From the NCBI GenBank assembly GCA_023458755.1, contig JAEWYE010000058.1:7505-71504 (forward strand): a stretch of DNA of 64,000 nt. The letters run 5' to 3'. The stretch's first letter is position 1; each line of letters begins with the position of its first letter. The translations under genes were made by a program, and so were the position numbers. The notes under the pieces are model-generated. The model saw only the letters and a program-made list of their open reading frames with translations, was not told where the DNA came from and did not search any database. Below are positions 38,104 through 51,681 of the stretch, piece by piece. This DNA is from Bacillota bacterium (lineage in GTDB: Bacteria > Bacillota > Clostridia > Oscillospirales > Acutalibacteraceae).

Positions 38104-38363
38104 ACAGTGTTATGAATTATCCGGTGACGAAAGCCTGCGTCCAATTTTTTGCTATGCAGAAGGATAATGCGCAGGACTTTGCTGATAATTTATCCGGCTT
38201 TTTAATGTGGAACTCCGAGCAGGTTAACTTTGCCATGCTGAATCTTTTAGACAGCCAAGGCCCCATGCAAAAGGGAGTTGCATGGACCTTGGTTTTTTTA
38301 TTGAAAATTTTTAAAATTATATTATCTGCTATAAAATATATCTTCAGTGTGATAAAATTGTAA
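38040..38363 (+). pseudogene. Fragment of a GH13 alpha-amylase-family gene (neopullulanase/cyclomaltodextrinase-like)
   Basis: The translation [20 protein letters not shown]...NLLDS matches GH13 conserved region ([23 protein letters not shown]...NLLGSHD). Only ~70 aa of homology remain, and both flanks are missing. Confidence 0.6.
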
Positions 38364-38399
38364 AAAATTCATATAGAATGTCTTTCGGAATTGTGAAGA

Positions 38400-40253
38400 T
38401 TGGAGCAAACTGAAATGAAACATTTTCAAATCATCCGGAAACGGATGTCGAGGCTCTCGTTCAAAGTCTTTTTATTACTGATTTTTTGCCTGATTATTCC
38501 AATGTTCTGCATGTTCAGCTATATGAAATCGAACTTCGAACAATATATTCAAGACGAGTTGAGCAATAAAATTATCCAAGGTATGGCCAGAAGCGAACAG
38601 GGAATTTATAAATCGCTTCAAAACATGGCCAACCTCTCCAGTGTTATTGTGATGAACAAAAATTTGGAAGATACCATGTCCGACCCCAACAATAGCTATT
38701 ATAACAAAACATTGGCATTTGACAGTGCGGTAAAGAATTTGATGGCCGCCAATCTTTTCACGATAAATGACATTAAAATTACGTTTTTGGATGTTCAGGG
38801 CAATATATACTCAAATTGGAGTATGGATTACCACGATTATTCCTTCCTTTTTAACCAGAATTGGGTTCAGGAAAGTATCAAGCAAAAGGGGCACACCATA
38901 TGGAGTATGTTTTCTCCCGGATATATCATTGAACCAAATCAAAAAGAAGAAAAATATATTTCATTGGCACGTTCCATGCTGAGTGACGGCATAACAGGAA
39001 ACCGTATCGGCACTCTTATCATCAGTATTGGGCAAAGCCAGTTCAATGACTTGCTCATGCAGTATTCTTATTCGCAGGATGATCTTGTCTATGTTTGTTT
39101 AAATAACGGTGATATTTTATTGAAAAACAAGCCGCAGGAACCCCTGCCCGACGCACATGTCAAAGCGAAAGTCGGACTTGTTCCGATTGGCTCAAGCGGC
39201 AGCCTGCGTGACGAATATCAGGGAAAGCAGTACTTGGTAAGCTACTATACACTTTCTGAACCGTGGACCTTTAACGGACAAAGACTGGTCGTCATGTACT
39301 ATACGGATTACCGCGGCGTCTTGACGCAGATGAACAAGCTTTCCCAGCAAATTGATTTAAGCATGATGGCATTTTTTGTCGTGATTGTTTTGCTGATGAG
39401 TTTTATTTCCACGCGGTTGGTAAAACCGATCCGTGTACTGGCACGGCAGATGCAGGTGTATTCGATTGACAAAGAGCTGCACGGATTGGACATGGCCCGG
39501 CAGGATGAAATCGGCCACTTGAATCGTGCTTTTTCAAAAATGCTGGACAATATACGCGAACTCTTCTCCAAACTGAACCACGAGCATGAAGTGCGCGAAA
39601 AATATCAGTTTGAGGCACTTCGTGCCCAGGTTAACCCCCATTTTCTGTTTAACACACTGAACATGATTCGCTGGATGGCTATTATCCGCAAGGCGGACAA
39701 TATTGTGGAAAGCATTGACGCACTTGTCAATATGCTGAAATTCAGTATGAGCCGGGGCGGCGAACTGGTATCACTGGAAGAGGAGCTAAGCAACATACGC
39801 AGCTATGTTTTTATACAGAACAGCCGATTCGGAAACCGATATGAAGTGAAAATCGACATCAGCCCCGAACTTTTGCCGCTGCAGGTTATCAAGTTTATTT
39901 TGCAGCCGGTCGTGGAAAACGCGGTTATCCATGGCTTTGACGAAGAAAGCGGGACAATTTGGATTTATGGAGAACGGGAAGAAGATATTCTAAAACTATA
40001 TGTAAAGGACAATGGAAAGGGAATTCCGCCCGATATAATCAATAAATTCAGTCAGTCAAAAGATATGCACCGCGATGAAAAGAAATTGACCGGAATCGGA
40101 CTTGCGAATGTCAACGAACGCATTCAGGTTACTTATGGAGAACAGTTCGGCATTCAGATTGACAGCCGGTTAGGGGAAGGCACGTTGGTTACCTATACGT
40201 TACCGGCTATAGAGGGGAGCGCGAAGGCAATTGAAGAAGGTCATGATCGTTGA
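38400..40253 (+). CDS. Sensor histidine kinase, YesM/LytS-like (two TM segments, HAMP, His_kinase, HATPase_c)
   Basis: HAMP region, an H-box in QVNPHFLFNTLN, and N/G boxes of the GHKL ATPase. Confidence 0.85.
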   Translation: MEQTEMKHFQIIRKRMSRLSFKVFLLLIFCLIIPMFCMFSYMKSNFEQYIQDELSNKIIQGMARSEQGIYKSLQNMANLSSVIVMNKNLEDTMSDPNNSYYNKTLAFDSAVKNLMAANLFTINDIKITFLDVQGNIYSNWSMDYHDYSFLFNQNWVQESIKQKGHTIWSMFSPGYIIEPNQKEEKYISLARSMLSDGITGNRIGTLIISIGQSQFNDLLMQYSYSQDDLVYVCLNNGDILLKNKPQEPLPDAHVKAKVGLVPIGSSGSLRDEYQGKQYLVSYYTLSEPWTFNGQRLVVMYYTDYRGVLTQMNKLSQQIDLSMMAFFVVIVLLMSFISTRLVKPIRVLARQMQVYSIDKELHGLDMARQDEIGHLNRAFSKMLDNIRELFSKLNHEHEVREKYQFEALRAQVNPHFLFNTLNMIRWMAIIRKADNIVESIDALVNMLKFSMSRGGELVSLEEELSNIRSYVFIQNSRFGNRYEVKIDISPELLPLQVIKFILQPVVENAVIHGFDEESGTIWIYGEREEDILKLYVKDNGKGIPPDIINKFSQSKDMHRDEKKLTGIGLANVNERIQVTYGEQFGIQIDSRLGEGTLVTYTLPAIEGSAKAIEEGHDR

Positions 40254-41838
40254 TGACGAAATACTGGTGCGGGTCGGCATAAAATCTATCTTAAACTGGG
40301 AAGAACATGGGTATAGTGTGGTGTGCGAGGCATCCAACGGCAGGGACGCACTGGAAAAGATTCAGCAGTATCAACCGGATTTGGTATTAACAGATTTGAT
40401 GATGGATAAAATGGACGGGTTCGAATTAATTTCGCAATGCAAAACACTGTACCCCAAAATCAAATTTATTGTGCTGAGCAGCTACAATGATTTTGATAAT
40501 GTGAGAAAAGCAATGAAAATCGGTGCTGCGGATTATATTTTCAAACTTACCGCGAAACCGGAGGATATGCTGTCCGTATTAAATGAAGTCAGTAAATCCT
40601 TGGAAGAAGTCCCGAAGGAAAATTCGGACTCCATATTGTTGAAAAACATTTCGGCCATTAAAAACAGATTGATTAAGATCGCAATTCAGCAGAGCTATTT
40701 AAAAAAATCCGAGCTTCTGGAGGAGTTTACTGCCCTGAACCTGAAAACAGATTTTAATCGGGACTATGTGTCCGTTTATATCAGTATCGATAATTTTTAC
40801 GCCAAACAAAGAAACGGCACCTTGTCCGAAATCCAGCTTCTTAAATTTTCAATTGAAAACATCGTGGATGAAGTCATGAACAAAAACAGGCAGGCGGAAA
40901 CGTACAACTACGATCAGGGCGATTTAATCGTATTAATCAATGTTGGGGCGGAAGAAAGGTACGACAGCCTGTGTATGGATTTGAAAAAAGATGTCAGTAC
41001 GATTGCCGAATATGTAAAACGATATATGGGTGTTGAAATATCCGCTTCTCTCAGCGGCATTTTTACGGGTGTCGATCAGATCAAAAGTGCGGTAAGTCAA
41101 AATCTGCAGGCGCTTTCCAGGCGCTTTCTGTCAGGCAGGGAAACTTTACATGTTTTTCACAGTGAGAATGCCGACAGCACCGAGTTTAACCTGCCGGATG
41201 ATCTTAAGCCGGCAAGGTTGCAAAAATTGCTCTGGGACGAAAATTTTGAACAGATACAAGAGTATTTAAACGAGCTATGGAGCTTTTTTCAATCGGAAAA
41301 GGTGCAGAATTCAGAGAAAATACGAATTGAACTGTTGGAGCTGTATCATCATTTTCGCAAACATGCAAGCAAAAACCGAATTGCTTTTGATAATCTGGTC
41401 GATGAAAACAGCTTGAGTTTATACGAAGCGATTACCCGCTACGACCGGATATCCTGCATAGAAGAAAGCTTTTCCTGCATTCTTGGCCAGTATCGCCTGC
41501 AGTTTGAAAACTTTGTGCAGGTAAAATGCCGCAGCGAAATTAACGAAGTAAAACAGTATGTACGGCAGAATCTAAATGCCGATTTAAGCGTGCAGGCGGC
41601 GGCTAAACTAGTAAATATGAGCGAAAGCTATTTTTCTCATCTTTTTAAAAGTGAGATGGGAATGAGCTTTATTAATTATGTGAATAAAATGCGTGTAGAA
41701 CATGCGGAGACCTTACTTCGCGAGACAAACGGGCGAATCAGCGAAATCGCGCTGGAAGTGGGAATTGACAATCCTAATTACTTCAGTGTTTTGTTTAAAA
41801 AGATTACAGGAAAATCCCCAAATGAATACCGAAGCTGA
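40231..41838 (+). CDS. Two-component response regulator with AraC-type HTH output (YesN-like)
   Basis: Receiver domain (DDE...D...K) plus a C-terminal AraC HTH. Overlaps the kinase gene. Confidence 0.85.
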   Translation: MKKVMIVDDEILVRVGIKSILNWEEHGYSVVCEASNGRDALEKIQQYQPDLVLTDLMMDKMDGFELISQCKTLYPKIKFIVLSSYNDFDNVRKAMKIGAADYIFKLTAKPEDMLSVLNEVSKSLEEVPKENSDSILLKNISAIKNRLIKIAIQQSYLKKSELLEEFTALNLKTDFNRDYVSVYISIDNFYAKQRNGTLSEIQLLKFSIENIVDEVMNKNRQAETYNYDQGDLIVLINVGAEERYDSLCMDLKKDVSTIAEYVKRYMGVEISASLSGIFTGVDQIKSAVSQNLQALSRRFLSGRETLHVFHSENADSTEFNLPDDLKPARLQKLLWDENFEQIQEYLNELWSFFQSEKVQNSEKIRIELLELYHHFRKHASKNRIAFDNLVDENSLSLYEAITRYDRISCIEESFSCILGQYRLQFENFVQVKCRSEINEVKQYVRQNLNADLSVQAAAKLVNMSESYFSHLFKSEMGMSFINYVNKMRVEHAETLLRETNGRISEIALEVGIDNPNYFSVLFKKITGKSPNEYRS

Positions 41839-42024
41839 AAATGAAAGGTAAAAAGCAGAATTGTGATAGTGCTTCTTTCCTCTTTCTGCATAAGGCGCAA
41901 AATTTCATAATTTCATAGCGGTTTTGATAAGAATAAGAGCAGAATGGATGATTCCACCCATCTGCTTTTTCTTATATAATGAAGTCACAAAACAACTTGA
42001 GACAATTTATGAACTCAAGAAATA

Positions 42025-43416
42025 ATGAGGAGGATGTTTATGAAACTGAAAAAGTTAGCAGGTGTTGTACTCGCTGGTGCTTTAATAGCTTCGACTATTA
42101 CTGGCTGCAGCGGCGGTACCGCAAGCAGCGCGGATGGTTCCAAGGATTCGGCTGCTGCGTCTCAAAAATCCGGAAAAACCGTTACCCTTCGTGTGTGGGG
42201 CGGCGTTCCGCCCGAATCCGGCCCGCAAAAATCCATTGACGCGTTCAATGAAGCATTTAAGGACAAAGGAATTCAGGCAGAATACGAAAGATTCGTTAAC
42301 GATGACACCGGAAACCTGAAGCTGGAAACCAGCCTTATGGCCGGCAGCGATGTAGATTTGTACATGACCTATACTCCGGCTCTCCTGCAAAAACGTGCAT
42401 CCGGAAATATGGCTCTTGATTTGTCCAAACTCATTGAACAGGATAAATTTGATGTAACCGGCACTTTGGGAGATATTGCCAAATCCTATTACATTAACGG
42501 CAAGCCGTATTCCGTTCCGACAAAGCGCGATCAGTACGGAATTGTAATCAACAAAACTATGTTTGACAAGGCCGGCATTGCGGTTCCGACGGAATGGACT
42601 TTTGACGAATTCCGCGAGATCGCAAAGAAACTGACCAAAGGCGAAGGACAGGACAAGGTTTACGGTATGTTCTGGAATTCCCAGCAGGATCTCCTCTATC
42701 CCTTTAATTATCTCTCGGTACAGACCCTGGGCGGTGATCCGCTGTATAAAGCCGGCGGAAAAGAAGCCAATATCACAGACCCGGTAAACATTAAGAGTAT
42801 CGAATTAATCAACAACATGATGAATGTGGATAAATCTTCTCCGACTCATACGGACAGCGTAACGCAAAAGCTTTCACAGGAAGGCATGTTCCTTGCTGGC
42901 AAATGTGCGATGACAGTCGGCCCGTGGATGGTAAGAAGCATTAAGGATACCACACAGTATCCGCATGATTTCGTTACCGCGTTTGCCCCGTATCCAGTTG
43001 TGGAAAAAGGCAAAAGACAATATACACAGGGCGGTTACGGCGATTTCCTCTGCATTAATCCGAAATCCCAGAACGTCGACGCGGCTTGGCAGTATTTAAA
43101 ATGGTACGCAACAGAAGGCATGCTTCCGTTGGCTGCCGGCGGACGTGTGCCGTCTGCAAACACCTATAAGGCGGAGGATGTAACAAAATCTTTCCTTTCC
43201 GGCGCGGAAAAATTGTTTGACGCACAATCTACTCAGAAAATTTTAATCACACCTGCTTCCAATTACGCGGTTCCTACTATAACCACAAAGCTGCCTGAAA
43301 TCAACAAGATTCTTACAGAAGAACTTGAAAACATCTATACAGGCAAAAAGACCGTGCAGGATGGACTTGGCAACGCGCAGAAGCGTGCAAATGAGCAGCT
43401 GCAAAAAGCAGGCTGA
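42025..43416 (+). CDS. Sugar ABC transporter substrate-binding lipoprotein (family 1 SBP)
   Basis: Lipoprotein signal LAGALIASTITGCSG, followed by an SBP_bac_1-like sequence. Confidence 0.85.
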   Translation: MRRMFMKLKKLAGVVLAGALIASTITGCSGGTASSADGSKDSAAASQKSGKTVTLRVWGGVPPESGPQKSIDAFNEAFKDKGIQAEYERFVNDDTGNLKLETSLMAGSDVDLYMTYTPALLQKRASGNMALDLSKLIEQDKFDVTGTLGDIAKSYYINGKPYSVPTKRDQYGIVINKTMFDKAGIAVPTEWTFDEFREIAKKLTKGEGQDKVYGMFWNSQQDLLYPFNYLSVQTLGGDPLYKAGGKEANITDPVNIKSIELINNMMNVDKSSPTHTDSVTQKLSQEGMFLAGKCAMTVGPWMVRSIKDTTQYPHDFVTAFAPYPVVEKGKRQYTQGGYGDFLCINPKSQNVDAAWQYLKWYATEGMLPLAAGGRVPSANTYKAEDVTKSFLSGAEKLFDAQSTQKILITPASNYAVPTITTKLPEINKILTEELENIYTGKKTVQDGLGNAQKRANEQLQKAG

Positions 43417-43495
43417 ACAGCATAATTTCGTGAGGGGGAAGAGAATTCTTCCCCCTCTTTTAAAAAACTGAGATTGATCGAAAGGAGGAGAACAA

Positions 43496-44383
43496 ATGAA
43501 ACTGAGCAGACAGCTAAAAACCGATTTAACGGGATACACATTCATTTTGCCGAATATCATTGGTGTTGCTTTGTTTACATTGTTCCCTATGGTATTTTCC
43601 CTTATCATCAGCTTTACGGACTGGGATTATACAAAAGGTTTTGGAAATTGGAATTTCATAGGATTTCAAAATTATGCCGGAATGTGGAAAGACGAGTGGT
43701 TTATTGCATCGCTTGTTAACACGATTATTTTTGCTGTCGTGGTGGTTCCCGTTACGATCGCGCTGGCCTTGGTTATCGCGGTGGTGATTGATAAATTTTG
43801 TTTCGGTAAATTGCCGATTCGCTTGGCAATGTTTATGCCCTATATATCCAATGTAGTAGCGGTTGCCATTGTGTGGGTCATGATGTATTCTCCATGGGGC
43901 CCCTTTACACAGCTGATTAAAATGTTCGGAGTAAAAAATCCGCCGCAATGGCTGGGTGACAGCAACTGGGCGCTCATGGCAATTATATTGATGACCATTT
44001 GGTCAAATGTCGGGTATTCGGTTATGATTTATACGTCGGCTATTCAAAGTCTGCCCAAAGATGTGTACGAAGCAGCCGATGTGGACGGAGCCAGTGAAGT
44101 CCGTAAATTCTTTCAGATTACCGTTCCGTTCCTGACACCGACTACCTTCTTCTTGGTGATTACTACCTTTATCACATCCTTCCAGGTGTTCGCGCCGATT
44201 CAGATTATGACAAGAGGCGGCCCGGGAACCTCAACGCACGTGCTGGTTTATTATATTTACACCTCGGCGTTTACCTTCTACCGCATGGGTTACGCTTCCG
44301 CCATGTCCTGGATTCTGTTCCTTATTTTGTTTGCAATTACCATGGTAGAGTGGCGCGGACAGAAAAAATGGGTAAGTTATTGA
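43496..44383 (+). CDS. Sugar ABC transporter permease (MalF/UgpA-like)
   Basis: Six TM helices and the EAA loop (YEAADVDGASEVRKFFQITVP). Confidence 0.85.
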   Translation: MKLSRQLKTDLTGYTFILPNIIGVALFTLFPMVFSLIISFTDWDYTKGFGNWNFIGFQNYAGMWKDEWFIASLVNTIIFAVVVVPVTIALALVIAVVIDKFCFGKLPIRLAMFMPYISNVVAVAIVWVMMYSPWGPFTQLIKMFGVKNPPQWLGDSNWALMAIILMTIWSNVGYSVMIYTSAIQSLPKDVYEAADVDGASEVRKFFQITVPFLTPTTFFLVITTFITSFQVFAPIQIMTRGGPGTSTHVLVYYIYTSAFTFYRMGYASAMSWILFLILFAITMVEWRGQKKWVSY

Positions 44384-45285
44384 TGAAGGAGGGTACAACT
44401 GTGGCACATCAAATTGTAAAACGTAAAAACGTTGCATACAAAACTCGAAAACTGTTGATTCGTATCATTATTACTGCTGTTATCGGTGTATTTGCCCTGA
44501 CAATGATTGTACCGTTCCTTTGGATGCTGTCCGCTTCTATGAAGCATCCGCTGGATGTTATGAAGCTGCCAATTGAATGGATTCCAAAATATTTCTATAT
44601 TGACAATTACCGGATTGTATGGAATATCGGCAATTCCGCTCCCCGCGATTATCATCTTGGTCTGGCTTACTGGAATTCGATTAAAATCGCGGTCATCAAT
44701 CTGGTCGGTTCCGTACTCACCAGTACCTTGGCGGGCTATGCGTTTGCAAAAATCAAGTTCCGCGGTGCCAACGGAGTTTTTCTGGCGTATCTCGCTACGA
44801 TGATGATACCCACCCAGGTGACGCTTATTCCGAAATTTGTCATGTTTGACAAGCTTGGAATTATGGGTACGCATCTCACTATGATTCTGCCGGGACTTAT
44901 TACGATAACGGGTACATTCTTAATGCGCCAGTTCTTTATGCAGGTGCCCGATGAGCTTTCCGAATCCGCCAGAATTGACGGAGCGGGAGAATTCCGAATC
45001 TGGGCGCAGATTATGGTTCCGATTGCAAAGCCCGGTATGGCTTCACTTGCCATGATCGTGTTTTTGTGGAACTGGAACAATTATCTGGACGCTTTGGTAT
45101 TTTTAACAAACTGGAGATTATATACGCTGCCGCTGGCTTTGACAAATTTCATCGAAGAAAGTGTAACGCAGTATAACTTGGTAATGGCGGCATCCGCTTC
45201 CGCCTTGCTTCCGGTCTTTATCATCTTTTTACTGGGGCAGCGCTTCTTTGTCAAAGGCCTTATGGCTGGTGCGGTAAAAGGATAA
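44368..45285 (+). CDS. Sugar ABC transporter permease (MalG/UgpE-like)
   Basis: EAA loop (ESARIDGAGEFRIWAQIMVPI). The start is uncertain: ATG 44368, ATG 44383, or GTG 44401, which has the best RBS. Confidence 0.8.
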   Translation: MGKLLMKEGTTVAHQIVKRKNVAYKTRKLLIRIIITAVIGVFALTMIVPFLWMLSASMKHPLDVMKLPIEWIPKYFYIDNYRIVWNIGNSAPRDYHLGLAYWNSIKIAVINLVGSVLTSTLAGYAFAKIKFRGANGVFLAYLATMMIPTQVTLIPKFVMFDKLGIMGTHLTMILPGLITITGTFLMRQFFMQVPDELSESARIDGAGEFRIWAQIMVPIAKPGMASLAMIVFLWNWNNYLDALVFLTNWRLYTLPLALTNFIEESVTQYNLVMAASASALLPVFIIFLLGQRFFVKGLMAGAVKG

Positions 45286-45319
45286 CTCGCATTTTAGTGT
45301 CAAGAAGGGAATATGGATT

Positions 45320-46630
45320 ATGAATAGTATAACGGAGCCGCAAAAGCAGATTCCGGTAGCCGCTGAAGTGGACGTTTTGGTTGTCGGTGCCGGACCCGCA
45401 GGCTTTTCCGCCGCAGTATGCGCCGCGCGCGAGGGCGCGAAAACAATGCTGATTGAACAGACCGGTGATGTAGGCGGTGTTGCCACCACCGGGCTGATGA
45501 GCCACTGGACGGGGAATACGCAGGGCGGTTTTTACGAAGAAATTTTGGATCGCTCCGCGGAGGCGGGGGGCGACTGGGATACAGCCGAATTTAACGGGGG
45601 CTTGCGTCAGGTTATTAACCCGGAGCGGCTGAAAACAATCATGCTTCAAATGTTGGACGAGGCCGGAGTAAAATTGTGCCTGTATACGTTCTCCAGTGAA
45701 GCAATTGTGGAAAATGACCGAATAAAAGGTGTCATCGTTCAAAGTAAGGCAGGCCGTCAGGCAATCCTTGCGAAAGTAATCATTGATGCCACCGGTGACG
45801 GCGATATTGCCGCCAGCGCGGGAGTTCCGTATCAAAAGGGCAGAGAAACCGACGGCAAAATGCAGCCGATGAGCCTTATGTTCAAGGTAGCCGGTGTCGA
45901 TGTGGAGCGCGGTGTTTTTCCGGGCGGGTTTGAGGAAACTTTCCAAATCCCAAAGGGAGATATTCAAACACTTGGGCGTGAACATATTCCTTCACCTGCC
46001 GGTCATGTGCTGCTGTATAAAACTACACTGCCCGGTGTTGTTACCTGCAATATGACCAACTGCATTGATGTGGACGGCACCAATCCGGACGACCTTACCC
46101 ATGCAACCTGTGTGTGCAGAAACCAGATCGATCCGATTGTAGCGTTTCTGCGCGAATATGTGCCGGGATTTGAAAACTGCTACCTGATCAGCTCCGCTTC
46201 TGTTATTGGTGTGCGGGAAACACGCCATTTTAAAGGGGAAGCCTGTATTACGGAGCAAGATATCCGTGACGCCCGTGTTTTTGAGGATTGGGCGGTAACA
46301 CGTGTAAGCTTTAATTTTGATATACATAATCTTACCGGAAACGGATTGGATGAAACCGGCGAGCAAAAGCACTTTAAGCAGAAAAAGGGCTATACCATTC
46401 CTTACGGGTGCCTGGTGCCGGTGAAAATCGACGGTCTGCTGCTGGCGGGAAGAGATATTTCCGGAACACATATGGCACACTCAAATTTCCGCGTAATGCC
46501 GATTTGTGCCAATATGGGTCAGGCAGCCGGAATTGCGGCCGCAATGTGTGTAAAACAGAATATTCAGCCGCGCGTACTGAATGTAAAACGACTTCAAAAC
46601 AGATTAATGGAGCAGGGTGTAAAGCCCTGA
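45320..46630 (+). CDS. FAD-dependent oxidoreductase (PF12831-like), function unknown
   Basis: N-terminal dinucleotide fold VLVVGAGPAGFSAAVCAAREGAKTMLIE, and GD...TGDGD motifs. Confidence 0.7.
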   Translation: MNSITEPQKQIPVAAEVDVLVVGAGPAGFSAAVCAAREGAKTMLIEQTGDVGGVATTGLMSHWTGNTQGGFYEEILDRSAEAGGDWDTAEFNGGLRQVINPERLKTIMLQMLDEAGVKLCLYTFSSEAIVENDRIKGVIVQSKAGRQAILAKVIIDATGDGDIAASAGVPYQKGRETDGKMQPMSLMFKVAGVDVERGVFPGGFEETFQIPKGDIQTLGREHIPSPAGHVLLYKTTLPGVVTCNMTNCIDVDGTNPDDLTHATCVCRNQIDPIVAFLREYVPGFENCYLISSASVIGVRETRHFKGEACITEQDIRDARVFEDWAVTRVSFNFDIHNLTGNGLDETGEQKHFKQKKGYTIPYGCLVPVKIDGLLLAGRDISGTHMAHSNFRVMPICANMGQAAGIAAAMCVKQNIQPRVLNVKRLQNRLMEQGVKP

Positions 46631-46637
46631 GAGAAAA

Positions 46638-48404
46638 ATGATGAATACTGTAATTTCTGAAAATTATGACTTTATCGTGGTCGGAGGCGGTATGTCCGGG
46701 CTTTGTGCAGCCATTGCGGCTGCGCGCGGCGGGGCAAAAACCGCTCTTGTGCACGACCGGCCTGTATTGGGCGGAAATGCCAGTTCCGAAATGCGCATGC
46801 ATATCTGCGGAGCGGATTATCACATGTCGCGTCCCAATGCCCGCGAAACGGGAATTTTAGAAGAAATTCTTCTGGAACACAAGCACCGCAACCCAAACAA
46901 CAGTTATCCGATTTTTGATTCTGTTTTATGGGAAAAGGCTCGTTTTCAGGAGAATCTTTCTTTGTATCTGAATACCAGAATGCTGGATGTAGAAGTGCGG
47001 GACGGAAGAATTGTTTCGGTTACGGCGGAACAGCTGACAACGGAAAAGCGATTCTGCCTGAGTGCACCCTTGTTTGCCGATGCGACCGGAGACGGTGTTT
47101 TGGGTGCCAAAAGCGGCGCGGAATATCGGATTGGCCGGGAAGGAAAAGCGGAGTACGGAGAGCAGTATGCCCCGGATGAGCCAGATTGCTGCACCATGGG
47201 AAATTCCCTTATGTTCCATGCTCATGACACAGGCCATTCCGTTCCGTTTGTAAAACCGTTTTGGGCGAATACCTATACGGAAGAACAGTTGAAACGGCGC
47301 GATCATGCACAGGTCACCTCCGGTTACTGGTGGATTGAACTTGGCGGCGGACAATATGAAATCATTCAGGATGGCGAAATTATCCGGGATGAACTGCTAA
47401 AAGCGGTATTCGGTGTATGGGATCATATCAAAAACGGCGGTGAACACCATGCGGAAAATCTGGAACTGGATTGGGTCGGATTTCTGCCGGGAAAACGTGA
47501 AAGCCGACGTTTAATGGGGCCTTATGTGCTGAAAGAACAGGACTGTCTGGAAGGCCGGCGTTTTGAAGACGCCGTAGCTTATGGCGGATGGCCGATGGAT
47601 GTTCATACAGTTGAAGGCTTTTTAACGCAAAACGAAGATCCGACGGTATGGCTTTCGTTGGATGATGTATATACGATTCCATACCGCTCTTTATTCTCCA
47701 TCAATATCAGCAATCTGTTTTTAGCAGGCCGCGCAATCAGCTGTACGCATATGGCGTTCGCGTCTTCCCGCGTTATGGCTACCTGTGCCGTAGTGGGGCA
47801 GGCGGTAGGTACTGCGGCTGCTTTGGCTGTCAAGAAAAAAACGGAACCATCCGGTATTTTGGAAGATATTCGCGAGCTTCAGCAAGTTCTTTTGCGTGAC
47901 GACTGCTACATTCCCGGTGTTGTCAATACAGATTCCCATGACCATGCGCGCGAAGCAGAAGTTACGGCCTCATCTTATGAACAAGACTGTCCGCCGGAAA
48001 ATGTCATGAACGGCGTAGCCAGAACGGTAGGCGAACAAACCAATTGCTGGCAGGCACCGGTAAAGGAAGAGCCTTGGCTGCGGCTGCGCTTTTTAAGCCC
48101 GGCTATCCTGCATGAAGTCTGCCTTACGTTTGATTCCAATTTAAGCAGAGAAATCACGATTTCCATTTCCGACGAGGTGCTGGCCCGTCAGGTACCGGGT
48201 ACCTCTCCCGAATTGGTACGGGATTACACGCTTCAGGGCTTTTACAACGGAGAAATGGTGTTTGAAAAAAATGTGTGCGGGAATTATCAGCGCCATTGTG
48301 TGATTCCGTTGGAAGTTCCGGTGCTGTGCGACGAAATCCTTCTTACCGTGAAGGCGACCAACGGCGCGGACATTGCCAAAGTCTATGAGGTTCGTGTATA
48401 CTAA
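46638..48404 (+). CDS. FAD-dependent oxidoreductase (PF12831-like), longer paralog with extra C-terminal domain
   Basis: N-terminal FIVVGGGMSGLCAAIAAARGGAKTALV; shares its architecture with the upstream paralog. Confidence 0.7.
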   Translation: MMNTVISENYDFIVVGGGMSGLCAAIAAARGGAKTALVHDRPVLGGNASSEMRMHICGADYHMSRPNARETGILEEILLEHKHRNPNNSYPIFDSVLWEKARFQENLSLYLNTRMLDVEVRDGRIVSVTAEQLTTEKRFCLSAPLFADATGDGVLGAKSGAEYRIGREGKAEYGEQYAPDEPDCCTMGNSLMFHAHDTGHSVPFVKPFWANTYTEEQLKRRDHAQVTSGYWWIELGGGQYEIIQDGEIIRDELLKAVFGVWDHIKNGGEHHAENLELDWVGFLPGKRESRRLMGPYVLKEQDCLEGRRFEDAVAYGGWPMDVHTVEGFLTQNEDPTVWLSLDDVYTIPYRSLFSINISNLFLAGRAISCTHMAFASSRVMATCAVVGQAVGTAAALAVKKKTEPSGILEDIRELQQVLLRDDCYIPGVVNTDSHDHAREAEVTASSYEQDCPPENVMNGVARTVGEQTNCWQAPVKEEPWLRLRFLSPAILHEVCLTFDSNLSREITISISDEVLARQVPGTSPELVRDYTLQGFYNGEMVFEKNVCGNYQRHCVIPLEVPVLCDEILLTVKATNGADIAKVYEVRVY

Positions 48405-48470
48405 TCCTAAGAATATGCGAATTAAATCAGTGCACCTGCCGATGCTGAGTTTGTATAAGGGGGATTTTGA

Positions 48471-51515
<3,045 letters not shown>

Positions 51516-51681
51516 TTTTTGCAATTTATAATATTGGTTTATCCATCAGTTGTTCGATTGAAAGAACTATACTGAATCAGAAAGGCGTAAGGTATAGCTT
51601 TATATCTTTACGCCTTTCTCTGTTTTGTTTCCAAATCAAATCTGGGGGAAGATTTGGATAAGCATTGAAAGGGGATTGTAT

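Noticed and set aside
38040-38363. Calling the 107-aa ORF an intact small protein
   Set aside because: Its conserved part is an internal GH13 motif block lacking the catalytic domains on both sides. It overlaps an IS200 tnpA remnant, so it is treated as a pseudogene fragment.
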